The notes under the pieces: generated by a model
Seen by the model: the letters and a program-made list of their open reading frames with translations, nothing else
What the model was told of the DNA's origin: nothing
The model's database searches: none
In this document: positions 53,513 to 64,000 of the stretch, piece after piece
Position numbering within the stretch: the first letter of the stretch is position 1
Layout: each line of letters starts with the position of its first letter
Source of the DNA: Naegleria gruberi
Lineage: Eukaryota
Assembly: GCA_000004985.1 (NCBI GenBank)
Contig: GG738845.1
DNA length: 64,000 nucleotides
Strand: one strand, 5' to 3'
Made by a program: the position numbers and the translations under genes

Positions 53513-54544
53513 TTATTCCATTGATTTCAGCATTCTTCGTTTTTTTGTCATATAAGTGTCATAGTTCATTACATATTTTTCCATATCCTCATCTTCATCA
53601 TAACCATCACTACTATTTTCTGAATAGCTTTCCTCCTCTGATGGAATAAAATCTTCTTCATCCTTAAAGAATTTTGGATCCACCTCATAATCCTCCAAAT
53701 CTTCAGAAGAAGAAGAAGAATCTGACTCGAGTGCTCTCTTCAAATTTTTGATTCCATGAGTAATTCTAGGTTTCTGCTGCTCAAAAAAGTCTTTCTTCTT
53801 GTAATTAAAAGCAACTCTTCCTAATTTCTTAACAAGAGCTTCAGTCTTTGCGTCCATGGTGGTTCTTGGTGAAATTCTCTTGTAGGAGAAGACTTTTGGA
53901 ATTTCCATTTGCTCATGAATGATAGCAGCAGCCTTTTCAGAAGTACTACGATTTGCCTTGTTGGCTTCAGAAGTTAAATCATTAAGAGTCACAGTATTAT
54001 TTACATTGTTCTGTGGTTGTTTGTTGTTTGAGGCTTCATTATTCTTCTTCTTGGTTTGTTTGTTATTATTATTAGTGTTCGGAGTGTTGTTATTGGCAGA
54101 CTTTGTTGGTTGACTCTTCTTATTTGAATCATCAGGCTTCTTATTGTTATTGGCTGCATTGTTTGAATTATTTTGAGGTTTGTTGTTATTTGTTGGTTCA
54201 TTATTCTTTTTCTTGGTTTGTTTGTTATTAGTATTCGGAGTGTTGTTATTGGCAGACTTATTTGAATTATTATTTGGCTTGTTGACTACTTCCTTATTAC
54301 TATTTGAATTGTCCAATTTTACATTGTTACTTGTTGAATTATTTGCATTCTTGTTGTTATTATTAGTAGGTTGAGCCTTCTTTTGCTTTTTGTTGTTGTT
54401 ATTGTTATTATTGTTTGGCTTTTGCTTGTTATTATTATTCGGAGTATTATTCTGTTTGTTGTTATTATTGTTACTATTTGGAGTGTTGTTCACTTCATTT
54501 GTGTTGGCTTTCTCTTGTGTGTTTTGCTTTTTCTTCTTGGCCAT
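53513..54544 (-). CDS. Asn/Lys-rich low-complexity protein with conserved acidic C-terminal domain
   Basis: 343-aa ORF. About 200 aa are poly-N/K/T with an internal ~180-bp direct repeat at the DNA level. The C-terminal 140 aa are non-repetitive and acidic (…ALVKKLGRVAFNYKKKDFFEQQKPRITHGIKNLKRALESD…). Confidence 0.5.
   Translation of the reverse strand: MAKKKKQNTQEKANTNEVNNTPNSNNNNNKQNNTPNNNNKQKPNNNNNNNNKKQKKAQPTNNNNKNANNSTSNNVKLDNSNSNKEVVNKPNNNSNKSANNNTPNTNNKQTKKKNNEPTNNNKPQNNSNNAANNNKKPDDSNKKSQPTKSANNNTPNTNNNNKQTKKKNNEASNNKQPQNNVNNTVTLNDLTSEANKANRSTSEKAAAIIHEQMEIPKVFSYKRISPRTTMDAKTEALVKKLGRVAFNYKKKDFFEQQKPRITHGIKNLKRALESDSSSSSEDLEDYEVDPKFFKDEEDFIPSEEESYSENSSDGYDEDEDMEKYVMNYDTYMTKKRRMLKSME
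54000..54480. repeat. Coding direct repeat (~180-bp unit x2 plus degenerate copies) within the Asn-rich gene
   Basis: The unit TTCTTCTTCTTGGTTTGTTTGTTATTATTATTAGTGTTCGGAGTGTTGTTATTGGCAGACTT...TTGTTATTGGC recurs at ~54040 and ~54200. The + strand ORFs 53919-54659 are antisense artefacts. Confidence 0.55.
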
Positions 54545-54825
54545 TTTTTTTGAAGTTAAACTATTAAATTCATTGAATGTGCAATATTATTTCATGACAT
54601 GTAAACAAATAAATAAATATTACAAGAAATCAAATACCTTCATAGATACTTCCATCTGACTTAACATTAAAAGAATCCATAGATATCCATACTAATGGGT
54701 GTTATTAGATTTATTACCAATTCTTTGTTTCATTTAACAATATTGTTAAGGTCTTGTTTTTTTAAGGTGCAAAATAGATGTTTGAGCTTCTATCACATCC
54801 CAAATGTGAGTTGGATGATTTGGTT

Positions 54826-56712
54826 TTATCTCATACCCACTTGCTTTTGTGCTTCCAATTCCTTCTTCTTTTCCTCAATCTCTTGTTTGGATCGTTTGTA
54901 CTCGGTGGTTCTCTTATATCTGACAAAGATGTCCATCAAGTCTCTTTCCACATGCTCTACCAATTTGTAAAAGATAGAATCTGGAATCTTCTTCTTTTCC
55001 AAATTGTCTAAAATCTCCTTTTCCCATATGGAACGGTTTGGTAAATTGAGTTCTAAATTGGATCCATACTGGACGTATTTTGAAATAATGGTAGTGGCGA
55101 ATTTCTTCTTCTTTTCCTTTGATTTAATTTTGAGAAAGGCATGAGCATCTTCCCAAAACAAGATACCTTCTGGAACGAAGGATTCAGTGGCGAATTCCTT
55201 AAAGAAGGCTCTTGCCTTCTTGTCTCTCAAAATTTCTCTCACCTCAATAGAATTACCAGCTTCAGTACTATCATTCCATTGATATTTGGAGGTTTGGAAT
55301 GACAAGATGATTGGAATTAAGCAAGAGACAACATTGTCAAACAAACAACCAAACAAGATAATCCAACCAGCTGGGAAATAATGTTCATATATCAAGTTAT
55401 AACTTCCCCAAATACCAGCAACGAAGAATAGTAAAACATCAATAATCCAAAAAAGCATGACAACGAAAACTTCCCTTCTGATGAACCAATTTTCCTTAAC
55501 CTTTCTCCAAATAATAATTAACATGACAAAACTGGTTACATAATAAATAAGTGTAAGCACTAAAACAGCATAGACTTTGGTTCCTACGAAACAACCTTGA
55601 AGGAATGGTTTTGTTGAATAATATCCAATATCTGTGAGGATTAAAATTACAAAGACAGCAAAGTGAATCATGTAAACAACAGCAATGATGGTAGACAGGG
55701 CTGCTTTGGAGCTCAGCTTGGCAAAGAGGTCGAGTTTCTTTGTTACTGTCTTACCTGATTGTGGTGGGCTATCTGTTGGTCTGTCATGGTCCAAGTTCGG
55801 GATTTCAATAGCTTCAATATCAAGATCATCATCATCCAATTCCGCAACATTTCTTGCTTCATCATTGTCTGTTGTAGTAGTTTCATCCTCAGTCATTATA
55901 CTATTGCTGTTATTAGCTGATTGAGAAGTTATAACAGGTAGTGTTGGAGTGTTCGTTTCAGAAACAGGTTGGTTTGCATTAATATTTGCATCTAATAATT
56001 CAGTAGTAGAGAGAGGTGATGTTGGCTGTGATGATGTTTGTACAGCACTAGAAGGAGAAGGTTTTGTAAATATTGGTTGAGGAGGACTTTGCCTTTTCAT
56101 GACCAAAGATTGTCTTCTTTCATTATAGGTGGTAATGAGCTGTTTCTTCTTACTTATTAAATACACGAAAATTAATCGCCAACATCTATTTTGGTTAATT
56201 AGTGTTAATATGGATGTGACTCTCGGTGAGAAAACTTACCTCAAAATGGCAGGCAAAAACAATCCTGGATAAGCCAACAAAAGCAGGAAGGTAAAGAAGA
56301 AACAAGGAAATTCATATCTTCCAAAAGCAAATCTCAAAGTTACCATGAGACTGACAAAATAGGTGGCAACAATGCTTACAATCATTAAAAAGATGTCTCT
56401 TGCTTTTACAGGTTGATAATTTCTTCTCCAAATTGCAAGAGAGAGAAGGAAAACAAACCACAGTGTAAATGCTCCAAGTAATGCCCATGAAACTGGCGAC
56501 ACATAACTCAAGTCCAATATTTCATGCCGAGTTGTAACAATTCCAGAATATACAGAGGAGAGAGATGATTTTAGGTAGGGAGTTGATGATGAATTGACAG
56601 CTAAACTTGCTAGTTGTTGCAATACTAGATCATAGTAACCATTGTTGTCCGAGTTAATATATGGGGATGCAGGAAAATATTGCAGAATGGTCGAATTCGA
56701 GTTATTGGACAT
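54826..56712 (-). CDS. Seven-transmembrane protein with C-terminal RGS domain (7TM-RGS); 2 exons: 56712-56239 and 56185-54826
   Basis: ORF 56236-56712 encodes 3 TM helices. It ends at a GTAAGT donor (56238-56233), and an AG acceptor lies at 56187-56186. The 53-nt intron is phase 2, completing an AGA codon, and is in frame with ORF 54826-56166. That ORF encodes 4 further TM helices and an RGS domain (KARAFFKEFATESFVPEGILFWEDAHAFLKIK...ISKYVQYGSNLELNL). Confidence 0.65.
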
Positions 56713-57719
56713 GGTTAAAGTTGTATGGGATTTATGGAATAAATTAAATATCTAGTAGATGATGTTGTTTAAACAAAGCTTAGGAGAGAGGTTTAAATAG
56801 ATGATGGATTGTTGATGATTATATGTAGATCTTCACCGAACAACACGTGGAACAACGCAGATATTAAACCTCTCAAAAGAATAATGATGATTATGAATGA
56901 CTTCTTCACCACTACCACAATAATAATAATTACTGAGAGAGAATATGATGAATAGCAACAACGCTCTCGGCACGTTTTTTTTGAAAGTGTTGAGACGCGA
57001 TAAAAAGGTGACAATTTGGAAAACAACTTCCGGAAAGAATGAATTTGAGCCAACTAGGCAGGTTTTACGGCTATGAGGCAGGTTTCTGTTCAGAAGAACT
57101 CAAACTTCTCTACCAATGTAGATGTTAATGGATGGTGTTGAAATTAATTTTATAAAGTTGATGCAATCAGAAGAAGATATGAAGGAACGATAAGGTAGCA
57201 ATCAGATGAGCTGTTGTGATGCTAGTTTCAGAATCTTGTTCACCACGTGTGAAAATCATGATTGATCGAAATTGGGGACAGGTTATCATAATTGTCATTT
57301 TGTCAAAGTGAGATGATTTTATCAAGTAGACTCAATATATTAAACATTATGATTATGTAGGAGGAATCCTGATACATGGTGATGTCGTCTTGTTTACAGT
57401 AAATATTTACAATTCATCTTTACAATTGTAAAATACAAAACATCTACAGTAACTAGTTGAAATAAAGTGACATAATATACAATGTTCATAGATGTCTTCC
57501 TAAAAAACAAGCATTGATGGCCATTTAAGGTTCATTCAGAGATATTCTCTCCATGAATGTGGCCTTTCTCAACATATAGATATTTACAAACACCATCTCA
57601 CATCAAGTCAAAAGTAATTGATAGAGGCTGATACTTTTTCTCGAGAACATTTAATCTTTTGGATAACAGGAAATAAATTACTTTATTGATTCTAGCATAA
57701 ATATTTAACATTGAGAGTA

Positions 57720-59291
57720 TTATATTACAATGAAGGCTGTTGAAAGTTTAAATTCAACCATCTTTAGTACATTGACTCCTTGAGGAATCTCTAAATTTGA
57801 AATATCAGGAACTTCTTCTCTATAGACAAGTCTGTTTTCCTTTTCATATCGAGCTTCGAGCTTTTTTGATTCAGCAAAAATTCTCCTCGTCTCATTCATA
57901 AAAGGATTACTCTTTGATATCTCATCCTGCAAATGTTAAACGATATCTGCCGAAAGTGGAACTACTTACAAAAACATCCATTTCTTCCAACTGTCTGTTG
58001 GCATTAATGATAAACGAAACTGAGATTCCACTCTTTCTATAATAAAATTAATAATCTGTGATTATATATCATCTAACTTACCCATTTTGATTGGCATCCA
58101 AGGCTAAATAGTACAATGTAATTCCTCTATATAAAATTCTATATTGAGCACAAATCAATCTCAATTCAGGATCTAATAAACATCCCATACTTTCGAATAG
58201 GGAAATTGTGCTCTTTTCGTTATTGTTTTTAAGTTTTGTATCCAGCATGATTAGAGTTTGTTGAGCTTGATCAAAAATCTTGAATACTGAAACACTGAGA
58301 CGTGCAATAGTTGCTGCTGTCTTTCCTGTAGCAATTGCAGTGTGAATGGCAATAACTTGTCCAATACCTTGAGTGTATTCAACAAGTCCTCGAGCACAAA
58401 GTACATCCATCTCTGGAAGGAGTGAAAAGGCAGATTTTGGGAAGGATAACTTAGAACTGATGGTTGGGAAAGTGGTTGGGTATGGATTTGATAGTGGGGA
58501 GGAGGAAACTGGAGAAATTTCTTGGAGGGTATTAAAATCCTGTCCAGTAATATAATGTGGAATACCAATATTTGCCAAATAATTAAATACACCAGAAGCT
58601 CTTCTCAAACAAAGAGCAGCATCTTGATAAACTTCAATTATGGAATTATTATCAGCTAGATTTGCTGTCATTTTGATTTTTTCTGATGCCAAATTACACA
58701 ATGCATATCCATAAGTATATACTACCATAAGTACTTCAAAGCTGATGAGTTTTGATGAAAAGTACTTTCTTGATTTTGAAAATGTTTTAGTTTCCTCTCC
58801 AAGTAATGCACTGGTCCATTCAAAAACAATACCATCTCTATCCTTTGCATCCTTTTGTGATTTTAATTGTTCATTTTCTGTTGCATGTAAAATTCCAGTT
58901 AAATATGGCAAGTACTTTTCGATTGCCTATTTGTATTTTTATCATCAATTTGTTTCATCAATTTTCCAAATATTATCCATTTAATTATTATTATTAAATT
59001 GTATACAATTATGATCACAATAAATACAACAATTCCATTATTTGCACAAATATACATCATCAATAACAACTGTACAAAAACAACAAGAACACATACCGCC
59101 ACCAACACTTGAAAAGGTTTCGATTTTGACAGGGCAATAATCATGTGATCTCTAGCCTTTGTAGCCTCCTTCAAATTCTCCTTTGTCATATTTATCGATT
59201 CCTTCGAAGCACCCGAAGAAATTATCTGCAACTTTTCCAAGTTTACCTTCTTCGTTTGTGGTGCAGTAAAATCGTGAGGGAGAACCGTCAT
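57720..59291 (-). CDS. BRO1-domain protein, BROX-like; 4 exons: about 59291-59097, 58926-58084, 58033-57970, 57926-57720
   Basis: Exon 1 (MTVLPHDFTAPQTKKVNLEKLQ...) ends at a GTATGT donor, followed by a ~170-nt intron. Exon 2 is ORF 58078-58911. It runs into a GTAAGT that overlaps its apparent stop, followed by a 49-nt intron to an AG. Exon 3 is 64 nt. Then come a GTAAGT donor, a 43-nt intron and a CAG acceptor, before exon 4 (ORF 57720-57932). All phases are consistent. Similarity to BROX is visible by eye: FEWTSAL/FKWTDTL, AALCLRRASGVFNYL/SLKIAAGIFKHL and [44 protein letters not shown]. Coordinates are good to ±1-2 nt. Confidence 0.6.
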
Positions 59292-59525
59292 TTTTTTTAA
59301 AGTCGATGACTGTCTCGTTTTCTTTCATCAAATTTCTTATCCAATTTATTAATTTCAATGTTTTTAAAGTTTTAGTAATGTGGACTTTTCATATAAAACA
59401 TTAATAATAATACTATGTAATATGTTGACTCAAAGTAAAAAGTAAATTGATTTGTTTGGAAAATTTGAATTGTAGGCAGAATCTTTTTTCGAATCTTTTT
59501 AAAATTTGAAAAAAAGAAATAAAAA

Positions 59526-60227
59526 ATGACTGACGAATCTTCACCACACGTTACTCTCTGTGATGCTGCTTACCACGGCGATTTGGATTCCATTAGAGAA
59601 GTTCTCTCTAATAGAGATAATAGATATTATGTTAATGAATTTTTGAACTATGATGAACAAATGGGAGAAGTATGTGTCGCTATTGTTTTTTAAATGTGTA
59701 TTCTAATATCGTCCGAATTTTTGATATTATTCATCATTATGTAGATGACCCCATTCATGTATGCTGCCGTTAAAGGACACATTGATTCCTTAAAATTATT
59801 CTTTGAATTGGGTAGACCGATTGTTAATCTTCCTGATGTAAGTTTGACCTTTTTCTATCTTTTTATGAATAATGAAAATAGTTTGAAGGTGATACTCCAC
59901 TGATTTTGGCTACCAACTCCAAGCAATATGATGTTATGAGATTCCTCATTGAAAAGGGATCAACTATTGACCATATGGATGAAAATGGAGTATGTGTTTT
60001 TTCAATTCAAGCCAATTTTCTAACTGTTATTTATCGGAATTAAATAGATGAACGCTCTTCACATTGCTGCATCAAATGGTGATATTCTTGCAGTAAAGAT
60101 TTTGCTTGAAAAGGGTGCTAACAAGAATCAATCAACAAGAGGAAAGGAAGGTCACACTGCCGATATGATTGCTGAAATGTACGGACACACAAAGGTTGCT
60201 CAATACATTCGCGATTTCCCTCTCTAA
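59526..60227 (+). CDS. Small ankyrin-repeat protein; 4 exons: 59526-59669, 59745-59837, 59882-59989, 60048-60227
   Basis: All four exons are in phase 0. The donors are GTATGT, GTAAGT and GTATGT, and the AT-rich introns are 75, 44 and 58 nt. The spliced product of 174 aa contains ANK motifs: TPFMYAAVKGHIDSLKLFFELG, GDTPLILATNSKQYDVMRFLIEKG and MNALHIAASNGDILAVKILLEKGAN. It is invisible in the ORF track because every exon is under 60 codons. Confidence 0.7.
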
Positions 60228-60492
60228 AATCATTGAGAGAATGGTGTGAAACATTACAAAAACTGGTCGAACCTTAGTTTGTGTTGCTAGAGTTTAAATG
60301 ATGAAAAACTATGTCAATGTGTATAGAGGTGGAATTGTGTAATGTCGACAAGTGTTTTTGAAATAAAACCAATACATAGTCTAGGCCAATTTAAATACAT
60401 ATCTAAAAGTCCCATCACTAAAATCTGTCACTTTTCACAGGGGAATATTTCTCAACAAAAAGAAATTGCTCTCTACACTGGCACCTGCTAGT

Positions 60493-61266
60493 ATGTCTGT
60501 TCTTTCAACAACATCAAAAAGTAGTCATCAGACAAGAAGAACCTCCGGAAGGGTGCAACAACGTATAGAACAATTAGAAAACAATGTCACCATCGATATT
60601 AATAATACAATTCAATCAAAACCAATTCCAATAACCAGACCAATTTCCACAACAAGTACTTCTCATTCAAGGTTGAAGCAATCAACAATTACTTCATCAG
60701 TAAACACACCAACCTCCACTTCATCTCTACCACGAAGGAGTAGAACAAAATCGAAAATGGAAATTTTCGAAGATGTTTACGAACAATTAGAACAATTGGA
60801 TGAATTATATTTTGAAAATATGTCGATTGATGATTGTACAATATCATCATCACCAGTTATTCAATTTGATAACAGCTCCTCAGAATCGGCTGTAATTCCA
60901 AATTTACATGTCCGAATGAATAGTTTAATGTCTCGTCAGGAATACGAAACAAAACGAGAATTGATTTGTCAACAATATTATAATGCAGATAGTGATAATG
61001 ATGATTTTGTGGACTCTAAAGTAGATAATATTTCAGAACATATTTCAATTGAAAAACAATTGAATCAATATTTGGATCCAAATTTGCACAAATTTTCATA
61101 CTTGGAACTGAAAAACAAATTTCCCAAAGGTGTAAAGGAATCTGAAAAAGAGAAATACCTATCAGATGATGAATTTTTCACAATATTTGGCATGACTCAA
61201 ACTCAATTTCAATCTCTTGGTGAGTACAAGAGAAGAAGACTGAAAATTGATAAAGGATTATTTTAA
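60493..61266 (+). CDS. Villin-headpiece (VHP) domain protein with Ser/Thr-rich N-terminal region
   Basis: ORF from 60466; the ATG is at 60493. The C-terminal 35 aa, LSDDEFFTIFGMTQTQFQSLGEYKRRRLKIDKGLF, are a canonical villin headpiece ending KxKGLF. Confidence 0.7.
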   Translation: MSVLSTTSKSSHQTRRTSGRVQQRIEQLENNVTIDINNTIQSKPIPITRPISTTSTSHSRLKQSTITSSVNTPTSTSSLPRRSRTKSKMEIFEDVYEQLEQLDELYFENMSIDDCTISSSPVIQFDNSSSESAVIPNLHVRMNSLMSRQEYETKRELICQQYYNADSDNDDFVDSKVDNISEHISIEKQLNQYLDPNLHKFSYLELKNKFPKGVKESEKEKYLSDDEFFTIFGMTQTQFQSLGEYKRRRLKIDKGLF

Positions 61267-61475
61267 ATCTCTCTCAAAAACTCATATTTCTGATCTAATC
61301 TTTTTCAATAATATTATTGTAAAGTATATTTAGTATTCTTAATAATAATTTAAAAGACACAACACCTTCAATAATTAAGAAATTCTAAAATTAAACCTCA
61401 AATAACCCGAAAAAATAACACAAAACATTTCATTAAAAAAAGTTTTTTTTCAAACAACTCTAGGAAATAATCAAA

Positions 61476-63667
61476 ATGTCCCTGCTGGATGAATTCTTTG
61501 CCGATGCTGCTGATGATACGACAACTACAACGTCGACACCTCCACCACCATCATCATCATTATTATCACTCTCTGTGCCACCACATGGTGTGCCTCCTCC
61601 GCAATCATTGAATAATACAAACCAACAACAACAACAAGTAGTAATCTACTTTTAAATCATCACCATCATCATGTATTTATTAATCCATTTCTACCTTCGA
61701 CTGTTGCTGGTATTGCTTCCCAATCTATTACAAATTTAACGCCCATTAATCTAAATCCACAGACCCTCTTTCCTTCTTCTTTGAATTCGTCAATGGTTAT
61801 GGATGACGATGGATCTACTACCACTGATGAAGCAAGTTCTTCCGGAGCACCATCACTCTCTTCTATAAACTTGTCGAGCCATGCCCAAAGATTCCACCAA
61901 GATCATGACACACTTTCTACAACTTCATCCATGAGTACTTTTTCTTCGGGATCGTATAGTCATTTCGTCCCAGATATTAATAATCAATCAACCAGTAATG
62001 GAGTAGCTACTATTGTGCAACAACAACCACAGCAACCTGTCATCAAGCCAATTATTAATACTCCAACCACAATTTCACTTTTACTTCGTGATGAAAATTT
62101 CAACATTCATATGGAGAAAATCAAGGAATTTGTAAAATTGACCAACAGCGGAAAAGTCATCAAAACTGGAGAATCGTTTCAAACCGATGAAGAATATCCT
62201 TATATTTTAGCCAGTAATTCATACACCTTGTCAATTGACCAGGATATTGACCAACTGTTTATTCAGTTAAAATTATTATATTCGGAAAAGTTTAAAGATT
62301 TGGAGAGCAATATTATTGATCCAATGACTTTTGTAAATACAGTATTGCGAATTGGTAACGGTATTCCACTTGTGGCTCCTAGAGGTTCACAAAATTTCAC
62401 AGATATTGATCTGAGTGATATTTTACCTCCTTCAACAATTATGATTCTTAAAGTAACAGCAGCCAATGATGGTACCTTTAAAGTAAATCTATCTGAAGAT
62501 AAGTGGAAGAAAATTGAACAAATTTGTAGAGATGTCATACTTTTGGATGAACATAAGGAACATATTTTACAATATCTATCTATGAGAATGTCCTATGTTG
62601 CTCCTAATTTGAGCTTATTGGTTGGAACAAGAATTGCTGCCCAATTAATAGGTGCAGCAGGTGGAATTTTATTACTTTCTCAAACTTCAGCAGATGTAAT
62701 TCAATGTCTGGGAAGAGAAAAGAAGAAACTTGAAGGATTTTCTACTAAGACTTACATGGGTATGCTCCCAAAGAGGAAACAAACTTCGACTGACTCAAAG
62801 GATGGAAACTATCTCCTCTCCTATACGGCCAATGATTTTTCTCATATGAGATATACTGGATTTGTTGGATTGTGTGATTTGGTGATGGAACATACTCCAC
62901 CAAGAGAAAAACTGAGAAAGAAGGTTGCTCGTCTTGTTGCCACTAAATGTGCTCTTGCTGCCCGTATTGACAGTTGTAATTCGGCCAAGAATGGCTCAGA
63001 AGGATTACATCTTCGTGAGGATATTCAAATGGCCATCAAGAAAATGTTAGAACCACCAAAAAGAAAGGAGGACAAACCACTCCCAGCCCCAGATTCTATT
63101 AAAAAGTCTGGATCTCGAGGTGGTTCAAAATCAGCAGCTGAAAAGCAATTGGCCAGAACTTCAGAATTGAGAAAGAAATATGCCAGATTACCATTTGGAG
63201 AATCAGGTTCAGATGATTCCTATACTGGAGATGGATCAGGAACCATGTTGGGCGATGAAGGCAAGAAGGGATTGGGCCGATCTCTAAGTGTACACAATGC
63301 AATTCTTGCTTCTGGCAAACGATACGAAAACAAGCACAAAAAGAAGGAGAAAAAACATACATCTGGCTCATCAACTGGGGTCAATACTGCACTTTCATCT
63401 TCCTCGGCTTACTTTGATGGTATCAGCACAATTTCAAACACCTCAATTTTCAAGAGTGGTACTGCTACTCAAATCATCAGAACTGGTACTGCCACTTCCA
63501 TGGCAATTAGCAATAACAATGAAATGGAAATTCTTAACCCTAATCTTATTGCAGAAGATCAGAAACGAAAGACAGAACAAAAGAAGGGATACTTTTCTAT
63601 GGATACTAAATTTAAGAAACCATCAGATGTTATGGCACCACCTTCTTCCACTGAAAAGAAAAAATAA
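61476..63667 (+). CDS. Prp31-like U4/U6 snRNP protein (Nop domain); N-terminal 55 codons in a different frame from the main ORF
   Basis: ATG at 61476: MSLLDEFFADAADD..., compare Prp31 MSLADELLADLEE. The frame then changes inside a (CAA)5 tract at ~61623-61640, and the main ORF 61781-63667 continues. It carries Prp31/Nop hallmarks: LYSEKFKDLESNI, the Nop core VAPNLSLLVGTRIAAQLIGAAGGILLLSQ, and GFVGLCDLVMEHTPP...KVARLVATKCALAARID. The discontinuity is a 1-2-nt frameshift, or less likely a 125-nt GTAGTA..CAG intron. Intron is less likely because the segment is not AT-rich and stays open in the downstream frame. Confidence 0.65.
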
Positions 63668-63780
63668 ACTTTAAGGTTTCAAACAGTTTCTTATTTTATA
63701 AAATAGACATAGTTCAGTAAGCTGTTTTATAAAATTATTAGAGTTGAGTATTAAAAAAGTATCAAAATGGAGAATTTATT

Positions 63781-64000
63781 TTAAAGATCAGTCTTTTTCT
63801 TCTTCTTCTTTTTATCAGTATTATCCTTCTTGGTTGCACTGCTTGTTACTGGAACTGGAGTGGCAGCAGCAGCTGTTATTGATGGTTGTTTCAATGTGGA
63901 GGTCATGTGATCTCTCAAAATGTTAAATAAAGTGGATTGGAATGTGGCCAAATCCTTATTTAATACAATTGTGGAAAATTTCTTATCTTTACCATTTGTT
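63781..64000 (-). CDS. 3' end of an unidentified gene running in from the right window edge
   Basis: Minus-strand frame open to the window edge. It reads ...KDLATFQSTLFNILRDHMTSTLKQPSITAAAATPVPVTSSATKKDNTDKKKKKKKTDL, with a stop at 63783..63781. Confidence 0.35.
   Translation of the reverse strand, partial: TNGKDKKFSTIVLNKDLATFQSTLFNILRDHMTSTLKQPSITAAAATPVPVTSSATKKDNTDKKKKKKKTDL

Noticed and set aside
58899-59358. ORFs 58899-59291 and 59152-59358.
   Set aside because: The first is exon 1 of the BRO1 gene reading through its ~170-nt AT-rich intron, giving a poly-I/V translation. The second is an out-of-frame overlap of exon 1.
61638-61762. 125-nt GTAGTA...CAG intron in the Prp31-like gene.
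   Set aside because: This is not excluded. It is disfavoured because the segment is not AT-rich, contains a His5 tract, and stays open in the downstream frame. A frameshift in the (CAA)5 tract explains the data more simply.
1-64000. Alternative genetic code (ciliate TAA/TAG=Gln) or prokaryotic origin.
   Set aside because: Long ORFs terminate consistently at TAA and TGA, and splice-joined frames close correctly. Canonical spliceosomal introns, Pol III tRNA genes with introns and eukaryote-specific domains rule out a bacterial or ciliate interpretation.

Overview
Scope: this is a eukaryotic nuclear window, not a prokaryotic one. It is very AT-rich and gene-dense, with Asn/Gln-rich low-complexity coding, short AT-rich introns bounded by GTAAGT/GTATGT and AG, and TAA/TGA stops in the standard code. 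It also carries intron-containing tRNA genes with Pol III T-run terminators. The composition and gene content (class I terpene synthase, villin-headpiece protein, LEA-like protein, poly-N/poly-Q tracts) point to a dictyostelid social amoeba. Introns here are about 43-140 nt, shorter than typical for D. discoideum, so it may be another dictyostelid.

Gene content: about 35 protein-coding genes lie on both strands. I recognise:
- a partial divergent CCT/TCP-1-family chaperonin at the left edge;
- a 3-exon RhoGEF, an actin-related protein, a type-I membrane protein with repeated PPC-like domains, and a TBC+TLDc RabGAP;
- a mitochondrial carrier, a LEA-like protein, an RBMX2/Snu17-like RRM protein and an ArfGAP with a Gly/Met/Pro/Asn repeat tail;
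- an SLC45-like transporter, an EVE-like protein, an RPA12/RPB9-family zinc-ribbon Pol subunit and a Sel1-repeat protein;
- a 2.5-kaa receptor-like protein with NHL repeats, tenascin-type EGF repeats, a TM segment and a Ser/Thr kinase domain;
- a secreted EGF plus fibrinogen-related-domain protein, an F-box/LRR protein and a GPI-like secreted protein;
- a microbial-type terpene synthase, an Asn-rich nucleolar-like protein and a 7TM-RGS protein split by one short intron;
- a 4-exon BRO1-domain (BROX-like) gene, a 4-exon ankyrin-repeat gene, a villin-headpiece protein and a Prp31-like Nop-domain protein.

Other features and oddities:
- Three identical intron-containing tRNA-Leu(AAG) genes sit on the minus strand (~21.9, 29.2 and 50.6 kb), each with a conserved ~45-bp 5' flank.
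- The most unusual stretch is 18.4-21.9 kb, which has no long ORFs. It holds a 1.63-kb segment bounded by ~50-bp imperfect terminal inverted repeats that encloses a decayed P-loop (Walker A) NTPase reading frame. Beside it are two tandem ~300-bp ORF-bearing repeat copies, all immediately 3' of a tRNA gene.
- Several otherwise intact genes show single-nucleotide frame discontinuities, some at homopolymer or CAA runs. This is compatible with draft-assembly indel errors or with pseudogenes.
- One NAD-dependent reductase gene is clearly decayed and truncated.

Coordinates derived by hand may be off by 1-2 nt.
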